Source: Candidatus Kaiserbacteria bacterium (lineage in GTDB: Bacteria; Patescibacteriota; Minisyncoccia; Phycocordibacterales; JABAAK01). From it: DNA of 36,072 bases. Position 1 is the stretch's first letter. Each line of letters begins with the position of its first letter. The notes beneath the pieces were generated by a model that saw only the letters and a program-made list of their open reading frames with translations, searched no databases and was not told the DNA's origin. The position numbers and the translations under genes are program-made. Of this stretch, positions 9,107-19,079 are shown piece after piece. The DNA lies in assembly GCA_014238395.1 (NCBI GenBank), contig JABABE010000119.1, positions 1-36,072 on the forward strand, read 5' to 3'.

Positions 9107-10462
9107 ATCGGGAGATAAAGATTTTTTTAAATCGGAAATCCTTACCCTATCTTGTTTCATCGAATCCCTATTTCTTATTGTGACTGTCTCATCTTCTAAT
9201 GTCTGATAATCTATAGTAATGCAAAACGGTGTACCAACCTCATCTGCCCTTCTGTATCTTTTACCTATGCTTTGTGTTTCGTCATAAAGACATACATAAT
9301 CATTGGACAAAATATTAAATACAGAAACTGCTTTTTGCTTTAAATTTTCCTTTTTAAATAACGGCAATACAGCAATGTATATCGGGGCGATTTCTGGTTT
9401 TAATTTCAGCACAACTCTTGTCGTCTTATCTGGCAACTCCTCTTCTGTATAAGATTCAAGTAATACGGCTAAAAACAATCTCTCAACACCAATTGAAGTT
9501 TCAATTACATTTGGAGTATAACTTTTTTTTGTCATCTCATCAAAAAACTCCATTGTTGTTTTTGAAAATTTTTGATGTTGAGAAAGATCCCAATCACCAC
9601 GATCATGTATACCTTCAAGCTCTTTCCATCCAACTGGATATTTATATTCGATATCTAGTGCATTTTTACAGTAAAAGACTAGATTGTCGTGGTCTTTATA
9701 CCTTATATTTTCTTTAGATATACCAAGTGAAATTAAAAATTCAAAACTTAATTTTTTAAATCTTTCAAAATTTTCTCTTGATTTGTTTGGGAAATCAAAA
9801 TATTGCATTTCCATTTGTTGAAATTCTCTTAATCGAAAAATAAATTGTCTGGCAGATATCTCATTACGGAAAGCTTTACCTATTTGTGCAACTCCAAATC
9901 CAATATTTTTATTTATTGAATTTGATATATTTTTATAATTTATAAAAATTCCCTGACATGTCTCTCCTCTTAAATAAGTTTTTTCAAATTTAGTTTTATT
10001 TAAGTTTGATTCAACTAATAAATTAACAAATTCTGGATCTTGCAAGTCATTTACGTCAACACCCTCAATTTTTATTAATTTTTTACTATCATTAAATAAT
10101 TTTTTGATTTTATCTATATCTGTAACCCCATTGCAATCTACACCTATTTTCTCTAAAAGATGGTCAACCCTGTATTTTATTCCTGTTTTTTTGTCTGTCG
10201 TGCATGGATCAGAAAAATTAGATGTATGTCCTGACGCCTCCCAAACCTTTGGATTGGTAAAAATAGCAGAATTTATACCAAAGATATCCTTGTTTCTATG
10301 GACTATATCCTTCCACCATTTTGCTTTTATGTTTTTTTCTAACTCAACACCCATAGGTCCGTAATCGTATACACCAGAAAAACCATCGTAAATTTCTGAT
10401 GACGGGAACATAAAACCTCTAGACTTACATAGTTTTATTACTGCTTCCCATTTATTTTCCAT
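9095..10462 (-). CDS. glyQS: Glycyl-tRNA synthetase (class II, alpha2 type)
   Basis: [30 protein letters not shown] N-terminus, [25 protein letters not shown] (motif 2) and [10 protein letters not shown] (motif 3). 455 aa. Convergent 12-nt overlap with the DsbA-like gene. Confidence 0.9.
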   Translation of the reverse strand: [455 protein letters not shown]

Positions 10463-10471
10463 ATTTATATA

Positions 10472-11362
10472 TTATATATCATTAAGTTTTTTGTAATTAC
10501 TAACTATGTTTATTAATTTTTCTGCATCATTAAACCTTTCTTCAAAAGTGGAAGAAAGAACAACTATCGCTATTTTTGAATTTTTTATATTTATTACGAT
10601 TGCTAAATTGCCACCAGCTAAGTCAGTATAGCCAGTTTTTGAAATAAAAATATTGTTAAATTTTTTTGTCAATAGATTTGTATTAGTAGCCTTAAACAGT
10701 CGACCATCGACAGTATAAAAGTTTTTTGAATATATTCCAGTATCATAGATAATATCTGATAACTCATCTATAGAAAGTTTCAATATGGAAACCACGTCCT
10801 TTGGTGAACTTTTTGCACTCGATAAACCTAAGTGTATATCAAGCCCAGTTGAATTTATAAAATAAGATTGGTTTAGATTTTTATCTTGTTGATATTTTTT
10901 TACTAAATCAAAAAAATCATAACCTGTATTTTCTTCCACATGTCTCTGTATTGCTGTTATGCCAATATTTGAAGATTCAATTAATGAAAATTTTAGTAAT
11001 TCTTCAGCATCCCATTTGTCTCCAGCTTTTAGATCTGTGTTGGCGTATACATTTAAATCTTGTTCTTTTATTTGTATCTCATCTCCTTGTGAAAAATATT
11101 GATACGCAACCAGTGCAGAAAAAATTTTAGATATTGATGCTGTAGGATATGTAAAAGAACTGTTTTTCTCTAGCAAAATTTCATTAGTATCTAAATCATA
11201 TACAATATAACCGTCTGCTTTGATTTCATATTTACTTACATCAATGTTTATTTGACTTTTTTTTGACGATACAATTTCTGGTATATTTATTTTAATGGAC
11301 AAAAAATTTAGTAAAATTGTACAAATAATAGATGACAAAAAAAAGATTACTACTTTATACAT
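10472..11362 (-). CDS. D-alanyl-D-alanine carboxypeptidase (S11 low-MW PBP)
   Basis: N-terminal anchor or signal. SxxK is ASISKIF, SxN is ESSN and KTG is SKTGYT. Confidence 0.8.
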   Translation of the reverse strand: MYKVVIFFLSSIICTILLNFLSIKINIPEIVSSKKSQINIDVSKYEIKADGYIVYDLDTNEILLEKNSSFTYPTASISKIFSALVAYQYFSQGDEIQIKEQDLNVYANTDLKAGDKWDAEELLKFSLIESSNIGITAIQRHVEENTGYDFFDLVKKYQQDKNLNQSYFINSTGLDIHLGLSSAKSSPKDVVSILKLSIDELSDIIYDTGIYSKNFYTVDGRLFKATNTNLLTKKFNNIFISKTGYTDLAGGNLAIVINIKNSKIAIVVLSSTFEERFNDAEKLINIVSNYKKLNDI

Positions 11363-11365
11363 AAA

Positions 11366-11908
11366 CTATTGATGCATCTTTTTAATTTCCTCTAAACTTT
11401 CTTGCATCTTGTATCTTGTTTGTGCATAATTAGGTAATTTTTCAACAGAATCTATTCCTATGCTAGATAAAAAATCTAATGTGACCATATATAGACTTAT
11501 TTTACTGTCTGTTTTGGAGACCAACCCCCGCAAGACAAGTTGCTTTAATATAAAATGTGTATTTACTCCACGAATAAAATCTATATCTATTTTTTTTAAT
11601 GGTCCGCAATATGCAATTGTTGTAAGTGTCTCTCGTACCCGTTTTGACAATGGTCCATCTGTTTCCTCTTTTTTTATTTCTTTCAATTTATCTGAAATAC
11701 TTTGATTTGTATAAAAACCAATATAATTTCCATTATCACTTAAACAAATTCCTCTATCTTGATAATCATTTTTTAAATCTACAATTATCTTCTCAAGGAT
11801 ATCATTTTTAATATTGATTTTTTTTGAAATATTTGTCCTGCTTATTTCACCACCTGATAAAAATATCAAAGCTTCTACTATTTTTTTTTGTTCATTATTT
11901 ATTTCCAT
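11366..11908 (-). CDS. scpB: Segregation and condensation protein B
   Basis: IVEALIFLSGGEIS N-terminus and ETLTTIAYCGPLKKIDIDFIRGV winged-helix segment. Immediately downstream of scpA. Confidence 0.8.
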   Translation of the reverse strand: MEINNEQKKIVEALIFLSGGEISRTNISKKINIKNDILEKIIVDLKNDYQDRGICLSDNGNYIGFYTNQSISDKLKEIKKEETDGPLSKRVRETLTTIAYCGPLKKIDIDFIRGVNTHFILKQLVLRGLVSKTDSKISLYMVTLDFLSSIGIDSVEKLPNYAQTRYKMQESLEEIKKMHQ

Positions 11909-11924
11909 AGTTATGCTTTGATAA

Positions 11925-12644
11925 TTAAATTTTAATTTCTATATCGCCACATATTTTATTTTGCGATACATTTATTTTATCTTGCTTCATTAACTCAAGC
12001 AGTGCCAAAAAAGAAATTGCGTAGGTTTTTTTTGTTCTGTTGTCAGCAAGTTGATTAAAAAAACTATTTGTCTTTAGATTTTGTATTTTTTTATCTAAAG
12101 TATTCATCATTTCATCAAGGGTTATGACAATATCAATTACCTTTTCTTTTAATTCCTCTTTTTTAGGAAGTAGAAAGACAATCTCCTCTGCGATTGCAGA
12201 AATCATATTTAGATTCATTTTTTTATCTGGACGAAACATTACATTCATCTTCTGTTTTATTGGGCTTGGACAACAATATGTTTTTTTTGAAAAATTTTCT
12301 GACAGAAACATACTTGCATTCTTTAACATCTCATATAGAATCAATCTTTTTTCTAAAATATCCGCATCAACTTGTTCCTCTTCTAAATAAGAAAGTATTG
12401 GTAGAAGTGATTTAGATTTTATAAAAAGAAGTATTGATGCTGTATGTACAAAACAAGCCACCTGTAGTGATGGAAAAATAGCTTGTTTTTTCAGCTCCTC
12501 AAGATAGTCATTTGTGATTTTTGCCAATGATAAAGTATTTATCTGCATTTTCTTTTTTTCTATTAATGACAAAAGTAAGTCAATCGGCCCGTCAAAATTA
12601 CGGTCTTTTGATTGTATTGTTTTTTGGTTAATTGAATCAGACAC
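11925..12644 (-). CDS. scpA: Segregation and condensation protein A (kleisin)
   Basis: GTG start. FDGPIDLLLSLIEKKKMQINTLSLAKITNDYL is a typical ScpA N-terminus. The C-terminal winged helix reads SFLALLELMKQDKI. Confidence 0.85.
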   Translation of the reverse strand: MSDSINQKTIQSKDRNFDGPIDLLLSLIEKKKMQINTLSLAKITNDYLEELKKQAIFPSLQVACFVHTASILLFIKSKSLLPILSYLEEEQVDADILEKRLILYEMLKNASMFLSENFSKKTYCCPSPIKQKMNVMFRPDKKMNLNMISAIAEEIVFLLPKKEELKEKVIDIVITLDEMMNTLDKKIQNLKTNSFFNQLADNRTKKTYAISFLALLELMKQDKINVSQNKICGDIEIKI

Positions 12645-12672
12645 TTTTATTTTTCAAAAAAAGTAAAAACTC

Positions 12673-12701
12673 ATTATAGATTTTTTTCCTTTATAGGACA
12701 A
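12673..12701 (-). promoter_or_regulatory. Putative sigma-70-type promoter for scpAB
   Basis: The minus strand reads TTGTCC, a 17-nt spacer, then TATAAT. The -10 ends 28 nt upstream of the scpA GTG. AT-rich DNA makes chance -10 matches common. Confidence 0.3.
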
Positions 12702-12739
12702 GTTTACCATACAAAAAAACAACCCCACAGCTATAAAAA

Positions 12740-13708
12740 TTATTTTTTTCTTAATCCAACCAAGATTTTTATTTCGTGCAGCCTTCTATCTAATAGTTTA
12801 TTAATTTTTTTTCTATTTTTAGATAATATTTTTTCGGTAAAATTACTATCTTTTGTTAGGTTTGCATACTTTTTTCTTGGTCCATCAAATTTGTTCATAA
12901 AAGCGCTCAAGAGCTCATTTTTTGCTTCTTTGTACCCAATGGAGCCAGATAAATATTTTTTTCTGAGTGAAGAAGAGTCATCGGTTAACAGATCGTAAAA
13001 ATAAAAAACATTACATTTATCTGGATCTATTTTTTCACCTTTGTTTTTTGAATCAGTTTTAATGCATTCTATCTTTTTTTGAATTATTTTTTTGTCTTCA
13101 AATATTGGAAGTGTATTTTTATAACTTTTACTCATCTTTCTACCATCTGTACCAATTATCTCTATATTTTCTTTTGCAAAAGCATTTGGTTCTTTAAAAT
13201 ACTCTCCGAATTGCTTATTAAATTTTCTAGCCCATTCCCTTGTATATTCTATATGTTGAAGCTGATCACGACCTACTGGAATTAAATCAAAATCTGGTAA
13301 TAATATATCTGATGCCATCAACACTGGGTATATTGAGAGTGCCAAAGTTGGTATTTTTTTTGATGAAACTGATGATTTGTATGCATGTGATCTTTGCAGA
13401 TGTGGAAATGTTGTAATAGAAAACAAAATCCACATTAATTCTGTTAATTGAGGGAAATCTGATTGTCTATATATTATTGTTTTTTTTGGATTTACTCCTA
13501 GTGCAATATAAGATTTAATCAACTCATCTGTTTTTTTATGTGTTTGTTTTATGTCTATTGTTGAGTCTGCTAAAGTATGAAGATCTGCTATGAAAAGAAA
13601 AATCTCTGCATTCTTTTTTTGCAATTCTAATATATCTGTAATCACAGCAAAATAGTTTCCTAAATGTATTTCTCCAGTTGGTTTTATGCCTGTTAAAACT
13701 TTCTTCAT
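12740..13708 (-). CDS. trpS: Tryptophanyl-tRNA synthetase
   Basis: GIKPTGEIHLGNY (HIGH-like), GRDQLQHIEYTREWA and KMSKS motifs. 322 aa. Confidence 0.92.
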   Translation of the reverse strand: MKKVLTGIKPTGEIHLGNYFAVITDILELQKKNAEIFLFIADLHTLADSTIDIKQTHKKTDELIKSYIALGVNPKKTIIYRQSDFPQLTELMWILFSITTFPHLQRSHAYKSSVSSKKIPTLALSIYPVLMASDILLPDFDLIPVGRDQLQHIEYTREWARKFNKQFGEYFKEPNAFAKENIEIIGTDGRKMSKSYKNTLPIFEDKKIIQKKIECIKTDSKNKGEKIDPDKCNVFYFYDLLTDDSSSLRKKYLSGSIGYKEAKNELLSAFMNKFDGPRKKYANLTKDSNFTEKILSKNRKKINKLLDRRLHEIKILVGLRKK

Positions 13709-13796
13709 TGATTTTATTATAATATAAAAATCAAAATTAAATTAAACTTAAATTATAAATAGTGTATAAAAAAATATATTTTTTGTCTGTATTTTT

Positions 13797-14591
13797 TTAA
13801 AAACCTTCTTTCTTTAAAATTTCTAGAGCTTCTTTTGCTTTTTTTGTTATTTTTGTTGGTGTGGTAATAATTATTTTTACAAAAAATTCAGAAACATTTG
13901 ACTTATTAACTCTTAAAATTTTACCAGACGTTGTGTTTTGCGGAACCTTAATAGTAATGTCTTTGCTTTCTAATGTTTTTATTTTGTATTCAGCAGATAA
14001 AAGAGCGTCTGTGACAGAAACTTCAAGATTCTGAAATGGCATTCCATTTAATTCATAAAATACAGAATCACTTGATACGTGAAATCTTAGGTGCAGATCC
14101 CCAGGAATTCCATTCTCAATTTCTTCGCCCAATCCACTTTGTCTCACAATTTGCCCATTTCTTATGCCGTATGGAATTCGTATTTTTATACTTTGATGTT
14201 TTTTTGTTTTATACGGAATTGTGATTTCCTTAGTTGCTTGCAAAAAAGACTCTCTGAATGTAATATTTATATCCATAATGATGTCATTTCCAACCTTTCT
14301 TGCATGCTGTTGGAATAAATCCCCAAATAAATCTGAAATATCAAATCCAAAACCAGCATCAGAAGCTTGTGCAGAGCCAAAATCAAAGCCACCGCTGCCT
14401 ACAGTGTCATACTTATCCTTTTTTTCTTTGTTTGATAAAACAGAATATGCCTCGCTCAGCTGCTTAAATTTTTTTTCATCTCCTGTTTTTTTGTCTGGGT
14501 GATACTTATGCGCTAAGTTTCTAAACGATTTTTTTATCTCATCCTGTGAAGCATTCTTGTCTACTTCTAAAACTTTATAATAATCAACCAT
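13797..14591 (-). CDS. dnaJ: J-domain co-chaperone, class B (no Cys-rich zinc-finger domain)
   Basis: J domain YYKVLEVDKNASQDEIKKSFRNLAHKYHPDK. G/F region GSGGFDFGSAQASDAGFGFD. C-terminal substrate-binding domain. There are no CxxCxGxG repeats and only 264 aa. Last gene of grpE-dnaK-dnaJ. Confidence 0.8.
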   Translation of the reverse strand: MVDYYKVLEVDKNASQDEIKKSFRNLAHKYHPDKKTGDEKKFKQLSEAYSVLSNKEKKDKYDTVGSGGFDFGSAQASDAGFGFDISDLFGDLFQQHARKVGNDIIMDINITFRESFLQATKEITIPYKTKKHQSIKIRIPYGIRNGQIVRQSGLGEEIENGIPGDLHLRFHVSSDSVFYELNGMPFQNLEVSVTDALLSAEYKIKTLESKDITIKVPQNTTSGKILRVNKSNVSEFFVKIIITTPTKITKKAKEALEILKKEGF

Positions 14592-14594
14592 TTG

Positions 14595-16478
14595 TTACTC
14601 TTTTATATCCGCGTCTGTAACATCATCTGCATTTTTATCTTCTGGAGAAGATTTTTCTTCATTTTTTGCAGAATCATCATTTTTTGTTTTCTGTAATTGA
14701 GAAAGTTTCGATAAAACAGCGTTTGCATCCGATGTCTTTTTTTGTATATCTTCTGCGGAATCTTTTTCTTCTATTTTTTTCAATATTGCTATTTGTTCAT
14801 CAGCTTCTTTTTTTAGATCTGCATCCACCAAATCTCCAAGAGACTTAACTTCTTTTTCTATAGAATAAACTGTGTGTTCTGCAAGATTTTTTGCTTCTAT
14901 AATCTCTCGTTTTTTCTTATCCTCTTCTGCATTTACTTCTGCATCTTTTTTCATTTTTTCTATATCTTCATCAGTTAATTCAGAACTTGCCTCGATTTTG
15001 ATTGACTGCTCTTTGCCACTATTTTTATCTTTTGCTTTTACGTCTAGAATACCATTTGAATCTATATCAAAAGTCACCTCAATTTGAGGAACACCTCTTG
15101 CTGCCTGTGCTATTCCGTCTAATATAAATCTGCCTAGACTTTTGTTATCTTGTGCCATAGCCCTTTCACCTTGAACTATGTGTATATCTACAGATGGCTG
15201 ATTATCTGATGCTGTAGAAAATATTTGAGATGCAGATGTTGGCAATGTTGTATTTCTATCTATTATTTTTGTAGATACACCTCCCATCGTTTCAATTCCG
15301 AATGATATTGGTACAACATCTAAAAGAAGAATATCTTTAACATCTCCTTGCAATATACCAGCCTGCACAGCTGCTCCAAGCGCAACTACTTCATCTGGAT
15401 TAATAGATTTATTAATTTCTTTTTCAAAAAATTTCGATACCGAATCGTGTATTAATGGCATACGAGTTTGTCCACCCACCATTATTACTTCATTTATATC
15501 TTTTTTATCTAGCTTTGAAGTTTTGAGAGCATTTTCTGTTATAGATAAAGCTCTTTTAACATATTTGTCTGCTAGTTTTTCAAGAGTTGCACGAGTTAAT
15601 TTCATAACTAAATGTTGAGGACCTGCATCCGTTGATGTTATAAATGGAATATTTATTTCTGTTTCAATGGACACAGACAATTCTATTTTTGCTTTTTCTG
15701 ATGCTTCATCCAATCTTTGTAATGCAATTGGATCTTTGAGTTCTACTCCTACTTCTTTTTTAAACTCAGAGACAATATGCTGTATTATCTCATAATCTAT
15801 ATCACGTCCACCCATATGAGAATCACCGTCAGTAGATTTTACTTCTACGACTTCATCCCCAACCTCAAGTACAGATATATCAAAAGTACCTCCTCCAAAA
15901 TCAAAAACAACAATCTTTTCATTGTTTTTTTTGTTAAAACCATACGCAAGTGCAGCTGCTGTCGGTTCGTTTATGATTCTTCTGACTTTAAGTCCTGCTA
16001 TTTCACCAGCATCTTGAGTTGCTTTTCTTTGATTTTCGTCAAAATATGCCGGTACAGTAATCACAGCCTCTGTGATTTTTTCTCCTAATTTTGCCTCAGC
16101 ATCTTCTTTTATTTTTTGTAGTATTAATGCAGATATTTCTTCTGGTCGCTTCTTCTCATCGTTTAAAGTTATTAATACACCACCTTTAGGTCCTTCTGTT
16201 ATTTCATATGGCAATGTCTTAATATCGTTTTGTACCACTTCATCTTTGAATCTATGTCCAACAAACCTTTTCACTCCATATATAGTATTTTTTGGATTTG
16301 TTACTGCTTGCCTTCTTGCAAGTAACCCTACTAATCTTTCACCAGTCTTTGATATAGCAACAACAGACGGAGTTGTTCTGCTTCCTTCCGTGTTTTCTAT
16401 AATCTCTGGATTTCCATTTAAAATGTACGCCACCGCGGAGTTAGTTGTACCCAGGTCTATTCCAATAATTTTTGCCAT
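14595..16478 (-). CDS. dnaK: Hsp70 chaperone DnaK
   Basis: [26 protein letters not shown] and [13 protein letters not shown] motifs. 627 aa. Confidence 0.97.
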   Translation of the reverse strand: MAKIIGIDLGTTNSAVAYILNGNPEIIENTEGSRTTPSVVAISKTGERLVGLLARRQAVTNPKNTIYGVKRFVGHRFKDEVVQNDIKTLPYEITEGPKGGVLITLNDEKKRPEEISALILQKIKEDAEAKLGEKITEAVITVPAYFDENQRKATQDAGEIAGLKVRRIINEPTAAALAYGFNKKNNEKIVVFDFGGGTFDISVLEVGDEVVEVKSTDGDSHMGGRDIDYEIIQHIVSEFKKEVGVELKDPIALQRLDEASEKAKIELSVSIETEINIPFITSTDAGPQHLVMKLTRATLEKLADKYVKRALSITENALKTSKLDKKDINEVIMVGGQTRMPLIHDSVSKFFEKEINKSINPDEVVALGAAVQAGILQGDVKDILLLDVVPISFGIETMGGVSTKIIDRNTTLPTSASQIFSTASDNQPSVDIHIVQGERAMAQDNKSLGRFILDGIAQAARGVPQIEVTFDIDSNGILDVKAKDKNSGKEQSIKIEASSELTDEDIEKMKKDAEVNAEEDKKKREIIEAKNLAEHTVYSIEKEVKSLGDLVDADLKKEADEQIAILKKIEEKDSAEDIQKKTSDANAVLSKLSQLQKTKNDDSAKNEEKSSPEDKNADDVTDADIKE

Positions 16479-16490
16479 ATCTTTATTTTA

Positions 16491-16994
16491 TTAACTTTTT
16501 AATGTCTTTTTACCTATTATAACACAAGCTGGTTTTATAACAAAATCTGAGACCTTGTAGCCTGGTGAACAGGTATCTATAATTTTATTTTCCTCTCCAA
16601 TTTGTGTTTCTATAATTTCGTGCTTTTTTGGATCAAATTCCTCACCACATTTTGGCATTATATCACTGACTCCCATTTGTGACATTGAATCTTTTAATTG
16701 TGAATATATTGCCTCAACACCAATCCTCCAATTTTTATCAACACTCTCCCATACTTTTTTATTTTTTTTCGCTTGAAAAAAACTATCCATCGGTGGTATA
16801 AAATTATTTATACAAGATGCAATGATAATTTTTTCTTTTTGTTCAGTTAGTTCAGCAAACTTCTTTTTTTCATTGATAAGATCAGCTTTTGCTCTTTTCC
16901 ATCCTTCCAAGTATTCATCTCTTTCTTTTTTATATTTCGACATATGGCTTTTATTTTTCGCATCATTAGATGCTTTATCTTTTCCGTCGACCAT
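16491..16994 (-). CDS. grpE: Nucleotide exchange factor GrpE
   Basis: YLEGWKRAKADLINEKKK coiled coil and a C-terminal beta domain (GYKVSDFVIKPACVII). Position directly upstream of dnaK. Confidence 0.88.
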   Translation of the reverse strand: MVDGKDKASNDAKNKSHMSKYKKERDEYLEGWKRAKADLINEKKKFAELTEQKEKIIIASCINNFIPPMDSFFQAKKNKKVWESVDKNWRIGVEAIYSQLKDSMSQMGVSDIMPKCGEEFDPKKHEIIETQIGEENKIIDTCSPGYKVSDFVIKPACVIIGKKTLKS

Positions 16995-16998
16995 AGTC

Positions 16999-17415
16999 TT
17001 ATCTTTTACTCCACTGTGGTGCTCTCCTTGCTTTTCTCAAACCAAATTTTTTTCTTTCTTTACTTTTAGGATTTCTTTTCAGGAATCCTGCATCTTTCAT
17101 CTCTTTTCTTTTTGTTTCATCGTAAGCCACAAGAACACGAGATAGTCCGTGCCTTAGTGCTTCTGCTTGTGAGCTGAATCCTCCTCCTTTTACTTGTACC
17201 GTTATGTCAAATTTTTTGTCAACAATTTTTTGTGGAGCTACAATTGTGTGTTGTATTGATGGTATTGAAAAATACTCTTTCATATCTCTTCCATTTACAG
17301 AAAAAGCGCCATCTTTACCTTTGTAAATTCTAACTCTAGCAACAGAAGATTTTCTTCTTCCTATTGCTTCCATATATCCTCCTTTTTTTTCTAAATATTT
17401 TTTTGTGTCTTCCAT
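16999..17415 (-). CDS. rpsI: 30S ribosomal protein S9
   Basis: GRRKSSVARVRI and the C-terminal RKARRAPQWSKR motif. Confidence 0.93.
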   Translation of the reverse strand: MEDTKKYLEKKGGYMEAIGRRKSSVARVRIYKGKDGAFSVNGRDMKEYFSIPSIQHTIVAPQKIVDKKFDITVQVKGGGFSSQAEALRHGLSRVLVAYDETKRKEMKDAGFLKRNPKSKERKKFGLRKARRAPQWSKR

Positions 17416-17428
17416 ATTAATAATATTA

Positions 17429-17785
17429 CTATTCTGAGATTGTTAATCTTCTTAATTTTATGCTTTTTAATTTATTTTTTGGCAGCATGCCAGAGACAGC
17501 ATGCCTAAGCACTGACTCAAATCCGTTTACTTTTGTTTCTTCTATCATCGTTCTTGTTCTTCTTCCACCCGGATAACCGCTATATCTTTGATATATTTTA
17601 TTTTTTTGTTTTTTGTTTGAAATATCCAATTTCGAACAATTTTTTATTACAACACAAACTTCTGGAACTTGATTTTTTGTAAAATCCACACTGTCTTTTC
17701 CGTTTAGTATGTTTGAAATAGACACTGCTAAATGTCCAAGTTTTTTTCCATCAGCATCTATGTTTACGTGTCTCATATTATACAA
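17429..17785 (-). CDS. rplM: 50S ribosomal protein L13 (short form)
   Basis: DADGKKLGHLAVSISNILNGK and YSGYPGG ... AVSGMLPKNKL motifs. 118 aa. The start may be Met 4 at 17776 rather than 17785. Confidence 0.9.
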   Translation of the reverse strand: MYNMRHVNIDADGKKLGHLAVSISNILNGKDSVDFTKNQVPEVCVVIKNCSKLDISNKKQKNKIYQRYSGYPGGRRTRTMIEETKVNGFESVLRHAVSGMLPKNKLKSIKLRRLTISE

Positions 17786-18128
17786 ATTCTATTATTGCTT
17801 CTGTACGACTACCAATTGGTGTTAATTTTATTATTCTTGTGTACCCTCCTTTTCTATCTTTGTATTTTGGCCCAATCTCAGAAGTTAGTTTTTGAACTAT
17901 TTTTTTGTCATTACCGAAAACGCTGTTTAAATTTCTTATGTTTGAAAGTGAAGCAGAAGCTGATCTGGTAACTATTTTTTCTATAAAAGGTCTCAAAGAC
18001 TTTGCTTTTGCTTCTGTTGTTTTTATTTTTTCATGCAAAACAAGCGATCGAGCCAGCGATTTCATCAAAGCCTTTTTTTGATCTCTTTGTCTACCAAATA
18101 CTCTTTTTGTTTTGCGTGTATATGCCAT
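17778..18128 (-). CDS. rplQ: 50S ribosomal protein L17
   Basis: FGRQRDQKKALMKSLARSLVLHEKIKTTEAKAK and GGYTRIIKL motifs. Confidence 0.92.
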   Translation of the reverse strand: MAYTRKTKRVFGRQRDQKKALMKSLARSLVLHEKIKTTEAKAKSLRPFIEKIVTRSASASLSNIRNLNSVFGNDKKIVQKLTSEIGPKYKDRKGGYTRIIKLTPIGSRTEAIIEFV

Positions 18129-18138
18129 ATATATATAT

Positions 18139-19068
18139 TTATTCCTCTAATGTTATTCCATAACCAGATAACATTTTTTTGATATCTACCACCGCCTTTG
18201 GTCCAATTCCAGGTAATTTATTAATGAAAGATTCTTTCTTTCCTGATAAGATCTCTATTGTCTTTATTCCAGCATCATCTAGTGCTTTAAAAACTGAAGG
18301 TGAAAAATTCAATTCTGATATTTTAATTGACTTCATTTTATCTTCTGGAATAACAGTCATCTCTCTTTCCTCTGAAAAACCTACAAGTGACTGAAGTTGC
18401 GCAATCATTGTGGTTATAGCTAGTTCGAATGCATCGTGTGGAGTAATTACGCCATTTGTTTCTACTGTAAAAACCAATTTGTTGAAATTTGTTTGATTAC
18501 CTACACGCATATTAGAAACCTCATAAGATGCTCTTTTTACAGGTGAAAAGAAAGCATCTGGTACTATTACACCAACCTCGACTCTATCTTTGTACAAGTC
18601 CTCACGTGGAACATATCCAACACCACTCTCTATTACACATTCTATTTCCAATTCAGTGTTTTTATCTGTAATTTCTGCTATATAAGAATCTTTATTTAAA
18701 ATTTCAACCTGAGATGGTAATGTGAAATCTGATGCATGCACAAGCCCAATTCCTTTTTTCTTTAACTTAACTGTACATGTTGGTTCATCAATGTTAATTT
18801 TAAAGTTTATTTTTTTTAGGTTCAGTATTAATACAATCACATCTTCTTTTACTCCTTTAATAGAAGAAAATTCGTGTGAAACACCATTTATATTTATTTT
18901 TGTTATCGCAAACCCTTGTATAGACGAAATCAGCATTCTTCTTATAGAATTTCCCAAAGTTGATCCATACCCAGGAAGAAGACTGGATATCTCGTAAACA
19001 CCTATATTTTTATCCTCAGATATTATTTTTGGTTTATTTGGTAATAATGAGTTTGTGTACTTTATCAT
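18139..19068 (-). CDS. rpoA: DNA-directed RNA polymerase alpha subunit
   Basis: GYGSTLGNSIRRMLISSI N-terminal domain. The C-terminal domain has the helix-hairpin-helix ISELNFSPSVFKALDDAGIKTI. Located in alpha-operon context. Confidence 0.93.
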   Translation of the reverse strand: MIKYTNSLLPNKPKIISEDKNIGVYEISSLLPGYGSTLGNSIRRMLISSIQGFAITKININGVSHEFSSIKGVKEDVIVLILNLKKINFKINIDEPTCTVKLKKKGIGLVHASDFTLPSQVEILNKDSYIAEITDKNTELEIECVIESGVGYVPREDLYKDRVEVGVIVPDAFFSPVKRASYEVSNMRVGNQTNFNKLVFTVETNGVITPHDAFELAITTMIAQLQSLVGFSEEREMTVIPEDKMKSIKISELNFSPSVFKALDDAGIKTIEILSGKKESFINKLPGIGPKAVVDIKKMLSGYGITLEE

Positions 19069-19079
19069 ATATATTAAAT

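Noticed and set aside
13709-13796. Possible T-box or attenuator leader upstream of trpS, including the AT hairpin TGATTTT...AAAATCA at 13709-13733.
   Set aside because: The 88-nt gap is far too short for a T-box (about 200-300 nt). It has no specifier or T-box consensus, and the hairpin is all A/T, as expected by chance in this composition.
16072-16494. 140-aa plus-strand ORF antisense to the 5' part of dnaK. A 103-aa ORF at 15777-16088 is similar.
   Set aside because: Long antisense frames opposite Hsp70 genes are a known by-product of codon bias. The product is low-complexity and hydrophobic (F/S/I-rich), has no start context, and lies fully inside a highly conserved gene.
16479-17000. Search for a CIRCE/HrcA operator or a separate heat-shock promoter upstream of grpE and dnaK.
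   Set aside because: The gaps are only 4 and 12 nt, and no TTAGCACTC-N9-GAGTGCTAA-like inverted repeat is present. The CTAAGCACTGACTC at about 17505 is inside rplM and lacks the second arm.
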